Origin: Nageia nagi
Taxonomy: Eukaryota; Plantae; Pinophyta
Assembly: GCA_050084985.1 (NCBI GenBank)
Contig: JBITNC010000001.1
Location: forward strand, 76,074,001-76,138,000
Direction of reading: 5' to 3'
DNA length: 64,000 nt
A program made the translations under genes and the position numbers. The notes beneath the pieces were generated by a model. The model was not told the origin of the DNA, did not search any database, and saw nothing but the letters and a program-made list of their open reading frames with translations. Positions 55,325-64,000 of this stretch are shown piece by piece. Numbering within the stretch: the stretch's first letter is position 1; every line of letters starts with the position of its first letter.

Positions 55325-57820
55325 AGGTTTGGACTAGGGACAAAACGAACAAAATAGCTATAAACACCCATCAGCCAGGTCATCAAATAACAGTCAAAAA
55401 CTTCCAATACAACATCCTTGGCACCCTTTACAACAGACAGACAGTAAAACACCTAATACACCTTACGAACACCTACCAGATACAAAAAACACAACTTTTA
55501 TTCCATTCTTCGGCCTCCAAATCATGTAGAGTCTTGCCAAGGGCTTCCAGCATGTGCATAGCAGAATGAACCAGATCGAGAATGTGCATAGCTAGGAGCC
55601 CCTCCTCATGCTTGAGTCCTCCAACGAGTCCTCCCCCTCCAATCCTTGCTTTCCTTCTTGTCCTAACTATTGGATCTCTAACCAAGCCTTCCTATTCATT
55701 CAAAGAACCTCCAGCTACCACAAATTTCTCCACAGTCTGCTCAACCTCCTTAGAAGTGGCCTTTGAATCCCTCTCTTGCACATAAATAGCACCCCTTTTG
55801 TCTTTATGCGGTAAAGACCACCTCCCACTCCCTTCAACACACACTGATCGCCAATCCTCATCATCTAACTTGATCTTACACTTCTTCTCTAAAGATGCAA
55901 GATGCCTTTCATCCAAAATTTTTGGAGCCATTTGTGCCTTAGTCTTGGTCCAATTGAAGCTCTCTAAAATCCCCATTTTCCCTGTAATGAACTTAAACAC
56001 CATAAGAATTAGCCCCTGATGATACATATCATTCTTGAATTGCTCTTTTAGAATTCCTCACTTACGTTGTCTAGTTCAACATAAAGAAAGATCAGGATGT
56101 TCATTTTCGTGCCTTTCAAGTGATTTAAAAAGACAAAGTGGAAGCTCCTAACCCTGAGGTCAATGGTATCCAAGGTAATGAACTACATGATGACTAAGGT
56201 AACTTTTGACCATGGCTCTAGGAGAGAAATTCAAACAACCCATCCATGCTTCTCTTGTTTTAGCTTCAAACCACCTTTGTAGAATTTGATGAGCTCCATC
56301 TTGAGGCGATGATTATCGTGCCTATGTTCTGCCTAGCACCAAAAGCCTTGTAACTTCACTAGGAGCTTTTGGTTCACTTGGAAATCAATGTCAAAAACTT
56401 TGACAAACCCCCCTTCTAGCTTTTTAAGAACTATCTAAAGATGTCTTCATTATGGTCATCAAATTTCTACAAGAAATTTAGCAACCCTCCCAACTCCAAA
56501 ATGGTTTTAATGGTAGGAGAGACATTCAACTTCCTTAGTTCTAAGCAAGAATCTAGTGTGTTCACATCCATCTTTCGCTTGAGTGCCATGGTCTTAGGTA
56601 TCCACTTCTTTTGTTGTCTACACTTGAGTTTATTTCTATAAAAATAACCCCACTTCCTACCTCCTTGGGCTTGCAACTCCTTAAAAATCCTTCGTTGCTT
56701 GGCTTGGAATCCATAGAGGTGAATTCTAAAGTAAGAGACACCCTCTTTGAGATGACACCATCCCCCTGCTAGATGGTCATTGCATGAAACCCACCACATC
56801 TCATCCCTTCACCACATCACATTAACTGCAATCGATGGGAGCATGAGGTTGGTAACATTAGAGAAAGTTGTATCCCACGCTGCCTTGGAAAAGATAAACA
56901 ATTACTTTTTCCATCTCAAAATTTGCTGATGGAACCCCTCCTCTTGACTAACATGCGAGCCATTTGGGCACCTTCAAAATCATAAGAGAGCTAACAAATC
57001 AACCAAAATCTGCTAGTAAGTACTGAAACACCCTCATCCCAATCCACATAATTTGCACTTATCTAAAATGGAAATTGAAAAACAAAGAGCCTCTCCTTAG
57101 ATGATCCCATCTTGTCCCTTCACCTCCACCTAGCACTCGCCTTCCAACTCAAGTCAGCTCATCCATCTAATCCATGACTTCCTATCCAACACAACCTCCC
57201 TCATTTCAAATTTAAAACTCATTCAACTCGTAAACACAAAGGAGTACCTCTTGCTAGCTCTATTTGTTAGTTTCATCCTGAACCTCCTTGGCTAACATCT
57301 CATCGATATGGGAAATTATTCTCCTAGATTTTCCATTCCTCTATATTCATCTCTTCTTTAGCTATACGATCAACCATGTGATTTACCTCTCGATAAATAT
57401 GGAGTATGGTGATATGCTCCACATCATTGATGATACATCTAGACTCCACCATCATATTGCTAATATCCCATCCAAGCAGAGAGTGACCCTTAAGTAGGTT
57501 TATGATGTTTGATGAATCTCCCATAATAATCCAATTGGTACAATTGCATCTGTTAATCATGGAGAGACTAATAAACTCTACCCTTGTCTCCACAAAATGA
57601 CTCACTAGTGACCCAATGGTTCAACCAATATCATCTTAATCCTCCCAAAATGGTCTCTCACTACTCCTACCCCATCCGAGCTTGGATTACCTTTAGAGGA
57701 GTCATCAACATTAATGGCCAACCATGCTATAGGCATGAACCTCTAATGAGCTTTATTATGATGGTGTCACTCCCTGTTAGCAATTCTTTGCTCTAATCCC
57801 CAATTCAATAGAATTGGAGC
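55325..57820 (-). mobile_element. Degenerate LINE-like insertion with RNase H remnant
   Basis: NVDDSSKGNP...WIIMGDSSNIINLL...HIYREVNHMVDRIAK (57324-57715) resembles plant L1 RNase H. The block is absent at the equivalent site after TIP copy 2. Confidence 0.65.
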
Positions 57821-59669
57821 ATTCCTTTTTTATTTTTTTAAATACATTAAATGTATATAGTTTTTCATATAACTTATTTTTTAATAACTATGAAGTTTAT
57901 TTTTGTAATTATCATGTTTATTTTTTATAAATATTACATAGATATTACATTAAAAAGTAAATAAATAAAGATGTAATAAATATTACATAGATTTTATTTA
58001 TAAAAAATATAATAAGTATCATATAACAATAATTAAATATGAGAAAAAAATTTGTGGATTAATTTCAATGATCAATTTAAACAAATTCTAGTTGTAAATT
58101 GATTTCAATTATTGAATTATTGTTAAATTTATCTAAGCTTTCTATGTGCCTATGTCTGTCATTGTAGAAATTCTATCTCTACATTACTAAAATGAGATTT
58201 AAAAATTATGATAAAGAAGTTAAAGATATGAAGCAGTTTCTAATTTATATTTGACACATAGAGACAAGGAAACTTGACCTAGATCATTCATTTTACTTCT
58301 CCAACTTTTCTAGTTTCCTAAATATACAACTCAACACTTATTCCTTGGAAAGGTAGGCTAATCTATATGGCCAATGGCTAAAGTATAGTTAATTTTATAC
58401 AAAGAATTGACATTAGTTTACTATGAAGTTTTCCATTTGTAATAGATAAAACATTTCAACTATATAAAAAAAGATACAGAATTAATATTCAAATTACTTG
58501 ACAATGCATGATTGTACATATAACGATGATCAATTTTATGTATATAAATTATTTTGGGTTTTGAGATAATATGGTGTGTTAGAAGTGTTTAACATCTCCT
58601 AAATGTAATTCAAGAAGTGTGCTCATGATAAAGAATATGAAGTATTATTTTGGGTTTATTGATAGTGTGGTGTGTTACAAATATTTAACATCTCTTAATT
58701 ATAAATCAACAAGTGTGTTCATGACAAAGAAGATGAATTGCTTCAAATTCTACATGTTATATCTTGGTGGAACTAATAAAAATTATAAGTTTTGGTGAAT
58801 AACTATTTCCATTTTATATTCTTAAAAAAATTATATCATATTTTATTATTGATGTCCAAGTCTTAATTATGTGGATTAATTTACAATTTCATAAAAAAAA
58901 TTATTTTCAATTAAATTATTTTTTGAAAAATGTATTTTTTAATTAAATTATACATATGCAAAATATCTTAAAATTTTCCTTTCAAGTATTCGATATTGTA
59001 TGTTTTAATAGTGATAATGATGTTTATTATCATCTATGCACCACACATTCTAATAAGAAAATTATCCAATTTCAGCAAAAACTTCAAACTTAGGATAGAG
59101 TTATAAGAGGTGGCCATCCCACCCAAAAATCAAAGAACAAATAATTCCAGAGGAAATTGCAAAAGGTTTTCAATATACTTTGGATAAGCATGGGCACCTC
59201 TTAGGCCCAACAAAGTATGATAAAAATATGATATATCTACAACAAAGATACAATTGAGCTACAATTAGGAGGTATATATTAAAATTTTCTTGATCATTCG
59301 TATTTACATTCTCATTTTATATGATTTCTTAGAGACTTTTTACTTTTATTTACGATCATTCACAAAAGTAAGATTTAAATTTAAAATTTTAAGAAATTTA
59401 AAATTCATTATTATTTAAAAATTCTAGGGAAACTAAAAATTTATGTTTTAGTTGTAAGAGAATATTAATGTGCTAAAAAAATATAAGAATGTTAGTTTGA
59501 TCAAAGTGTACAAGGTTAATTATATTTAAAGCTAAGTTAATTATAACTATAAATCAATTACCTTTATATAAAATAAATAATTAACAACCTAATAAATGAT
59601 AGTAAATAATGAAAATAATAATAATAATTACAAAATATTTAGTAACAAAGAGTAAAAATAGTAATAATA

Positions 59670-59805
59670 TATCCAATCATGTTAGAGGAGATGGACTAGA
59701 TGAGTTGGTAGTTAAAACTCTCAACTTAGGAAAGAGAGTTCTCATATTTAAAATTCTTCCTCTTAACAAATATGTAGGTATGTTAAATCCAGTTAATCTT
59801 TCCAA
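59670..59805 (+). mobile_element. Possible decayed tRNA-derived SINE
   Basis: TAGATGAGTTGGTA resembles box A and ATTTAAAATTC a decayed box B. Absent from the copy-1 upstream region. Confidence 0.3.
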
Positions 59806-61444
59806 GTAATATGAATAAAATATGATAAAAATATCAATGAAAACTTTGATTAAATAATAACAATTAAATCAATAATAAATGAAATAACTAATACAAATAT
59901 GATGATATTTATGTCTCATTGTTTCACCGTTGTTTAAAATATTAGAATAAAGTAATTAATCCATTACAACCAACAAGAGTAGACATTAAGGTAGGAAGCT
60001 AGGATATTAATACCCACACAAATATTTAATGTCTCATTACCTTTAAGAAGAGAAGATTATGAAAGCAATAAAGATCCGCTAAGATATAATACACTATAAA
60101 ACAAAAAGGTTTGTCGTACTTATGAAGCACTTAATCCCTTACAAATTTACAGCTAACTAGAATACATATTAGGATGGGAACTGGAAGGATAGTATATTAA
60201 CACCCATCAAGTATTTATTGTTTCATTTCCTTTAAGAAGAAAGATTTTGAAAGCAATAAAGGCTCATTAAGATGTATGTAACACGTAATATAAAAAAATA
60301 AGTCTCGTGACATTTATGATTCATTAGTGCTTTTAATTCGGTACAATGATGGCACTATCGAGTGACAACTTTTGACTAATTGTTGTGGGGGATTTTATGT
60401 AAAAGAGGCCATTATTTTGACACCACAATCGCTTATAATAGGCTATAATGGAATCATGTAAAGTTGTGAATATGACTCTGATTACATTTTCTGAAAGCAA
60501 TAATTTGATGTCGAATACCACATATTTGTGTGAAGGACATTACCATTTCCAGATTCCTCACACACTTGCACTAACCATGATTTTAATATTGGTGGCAGTG
60601 AGCCCATTATTGCCGATGTTAGCCTCGTACTCCCTCCAGCTTTTTTAAAGTGATCATTTTTTTTTGTTGGTGTCATGTGCACTGGAAAGCTGACTTCTAT
60701 TTTGTTTTATATGCAAACTTTCATTATAGTTTCTGAATGTCATACCACAAAATTGATTGATCCAGTTATAATTTTGTGTTGTTTTTGCTTGAAATATTAT
60801 TAATCCAGCTACAGTGTGGTGACCAAGTGTTCCCTTGGATTATGATGTATTTAAATAAAATTGTTGAAGTCAATTATAATTTATTGAAAAAACTTACAAT
60901 GTCATAATTACGCTATGGATTGATACTTACAATATGATGATGAGCAGAAAGACTTATTTTGTTTTCGTAACTGTGAATACCTTTTAATTCCACTAAAACA
61001 TTTGAAGGATATTACAAGGAATTCGATTTCATTATTCGTGATTCATATACGATTTAAAGTTTTGCTTTTGTAATTATAGCACAACCTACTAATTTTCCTG
61101 GCTAACATATACTTATTTTATAAACATATCATAAAAGTCTGGAATACGTGATCTAAGGTGTAGAAATTAAAAAGATTCTGCCATCTTTGTAGTTCTAATA
61201 ATCTATGGTTCTTTACTATTATCTCTAGTATTTTCCGTGGAGGGCGTTACAAGTTAAATCATAACTGATCAATCTTTCACCGTGCGCTACAAGTATCACC
61301 TTGTCAATCCGTTTCAGGTGGAGACGGCCAGTATTCCACTTTAAATACCATTTCTTCTTTGTATCCTGTCCTACAATTATTTGGAAATTGACTGGAATTT
61401 GAAGAACTCAATTTCACAAAAGGTGCTGGTAATTGTTTGAGAAG

Positions 61445-62945
61445 ATGGGGAAGATAGCAATAGGCCGCGCGGCGGAGGCCACTCAGCCAGATTGTGTAAA
61501 AGCAGCACTTGCAGAACTTGTTTGCACTTTCCTCTTTGTCTTTGCAGGCGTTGGCTCGGCCATGGCAGGGGGTTAGTTTCTTGGCTTAAATTAATTCTTA
61601 CTGCTACTAGTACTTCTCACCCTCCCTATATATATTACTATAATTAAATGAGAAGGATTCTCATTTTTCAGGTTTTCTGAAAGTGAATTTGTTTCTGTAA
61701 ATTGTTCATCTAGTTGGCTACTTCACAATATCATCCTTAATTGTTCTTCAAGCACTTTTTTTATCAGATACGGTATCTTAACCTATATTTTTATTTTTAT
61801 TTTATAAAAAGCCTATATGATGTGTCCTGATTTTACATCCTAGAAAGGGTTATTCTACATTCTAAGATTGGTATCTTTTAGGATCTTAAGAGTGTAGAAT
61901 ACTCTTGCACTATTTTGTCCAAAAAGCAGTTTAACTCCAACTCAAATTATCTGTTTGTCTAATTCATTTATAGCTAAAGAACTTTTCCTTAGAAATTTAA
62001 CCATAAGGAAACTAAACAGCAGACTCAACACCCAAAAACTTGCCATGTTCAGTCAAAACGTATCATCCAGGCAAAATCCATTGTATAGTCTCTAATTTAT
62101 TGTCCATAGCTTACACTGTTTTTGAACATTTCATCTTTTGCAGTAATATTTGGCTAATTGTCGGAATATGATTAATCCTCCTATTAAAAAAACTAATAGG
62201 GAATGTAATATTGAGTGCAGATACATTAGGTGGAAGCCCAGCACTGTCTCTTGCAATAGTGGCTCTCACCCTGCCTTCGCAGTCTACGCCATGATCTCTG
62301 CCGGTTTTCAAATCTCGGGAGGCCATCTGAACCCTGCGGTCACATTGGGCTTAGCAGTGGGAGGCCACATCACCATCCTCAAGTCTATAATCTACTTTAT
62401 TGCACAGCTAGCGGGCTCCGCATTAGCTTGCCTCCTGCTCAAATTTGTGACAGGAGGACTAGTAAGAATAGCCAACTTATCTACACAAATTAAATAAAAC
62501 TATTCATTTTTAGATCTGTAAATGCATATTTTAAAGGGAACCCTTATATACTAATATTAGGGCTTGACAGGAAACTCCAATTCATACGTTGGCTAAAGGA
62601 ATTGGATACTTTGAAGGGGTGGTGATGGAGATAGTACTAACTTTCTCGTTGTTATTCACGGTGTATGCAACGGCAGTGGATCCGAAGAAGGGATCCTTGG
62701 GGATGACAGCACCTCTCACTATAGGGTTGGTTGTGGGTGCCAATATAATTGCAGGGGGTGCATATTCTGGAGCATCCATGAATCCTGCTCGTTCATTTGG
62801 GCCAGCACTCGTGAGCTGGGACTGGACTGACCATTGGGTTTACTGGGTCGGTCCACTGGTCGGAGGGGGTCTTGCCGGTTTAGTGTATGAGAATATTTTC
62901 ACAAGCGAACCATCATATGCCCCTGTATCTCCTGCAGAATTTTGA
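61445..62945 (+). pseudogene. TIP4: TIP4-like aquaporin tandem copy with a frameshift; exons 61445-61571, 62221-62461, 62571-62945
   Basis: ~98% identical CDS to copy 1. ACC CAT GCC has become ACC CTG CC (A lost after 62271), giving TGA at 62292-62294. Confidence 0.85.
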
Positions 62946-64000
62946 TTATACTCCATCGCTGCTGCTCTTGTTTGTGTAATGGTGACAAGATTCTGATGTA
63001 ATTTATTTCTAGCTCAGCCTCTGTTTTTTAAGGAAAGCTAATAATATGTGAATAGGGAATTTCTGTGTGTCATGTGATGTGGGTATTATAATCAAAGAAC
63101 GGTGGAAAGGACTGTAGCAATATGCTGTTTATTGCGTTAATAAATGCAAAGAGTTGCATCTGTATTAATAAAAATCTCCTTTTTTTTTTAAGTTTTTAAA
63201 TACATTAAATTTATACAGTTTTTTCATATAATTTGTTTTTTAACAATTTTCAAGTGCGGCACCTCCTAATTCCGGGATACGAGGGGTAGTGCGGGACGTA
63301 TATACTGGTAGAAAGAAGTCTTCCCATTCCTATTTATATCAAGCGATGGGATACACAACGAAGCAGTCCAGGGTTAACACTTGAAACTCGCAGGTTTACA
63401 TACAAAATCCCCTCGCTACTGTTATGATTTAAATCGCCCAGATTCCATGCTAACCCGAGGGACCCATATGAGCTAATATCATTAAGGATCAGCTAAATCT
63501 TTTTAGTTCATTCATTAATCATTTCTTATGTCTTTTTTATTAATTGAGTTGGTCATGTGTTGAATTTGCCACAATAGTGTTCGTTTTCTATTCTCACTAT
63601 GAGACATACATGTTATGTAATGATCTAGTACAGTTTTCCATTTCATAGATAAGGTGGTCTCCTGTGAACATTAATATCATTTACCTTTACCTTTTACCTA
63701 TGGATTCATGAATAAACGCATAAATAGATCCCCTTTATAGAATAATTCACTTCACGATCCCCTTATAGAATAATTACTCACCATTTTTATGAAATAAATA
63801 TTACATAATATTATTTATAGTAAATAAGATAAGAATTATATAACAACAATTAAACATGACAAACAATTTATGGATTAATTTATATAAGTTAGAGTTGTAG
63901 ATTGATTTTAATTATTGAATTATTGTTGAAATTATATAAGCTTTTTATATGCTTATGCTTTTCATTGAACATTACTAAGATGAGAATCAAATATTATGGT

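Overview
AT-rich plant nuclear DNA, probably from a gymnosperm (inferred from the transposon lineages and the extent of C-to-T decay). Bases 1-42 kb are nested, heavily deaminated retrotransposon relics: a minus-strand Ogre/Tat-type Gypsy split by a chromovirus-type Gypsy with 3-4 kb LTRs, which is itself split by a Copia and a TIR element; a second Ogre/Tat fragment with an antisense PMD-like ORF; PPR fragments; an L1 ORF1 fragment; and a gag-only Copia. One very young 8435-bp minus-strand LTR element (42288-50722) stands out. It has 1454-bp LTRs differing at 2 positions and a perfect GTTAC target-site duplication. It encodes gag plus a ~1160-codon accessory ORF but no protease, RT, RNase H or integrase. 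It has two tandem tRNA-type primer sites, a complement of the second primer site where the polypurine tract should be, and a TGACGTCA/TCCGG array in its LTR. It lies ~2.6 kb upstream of a tandem pair of TIP4-like aquaporin genes: copy 1 is intact (247 aa) and copy 2 has a 1-bp deletion in the selectivity-filter His codon. All alignments and counts were done by eye, and boundaries of the old relics are approximate.
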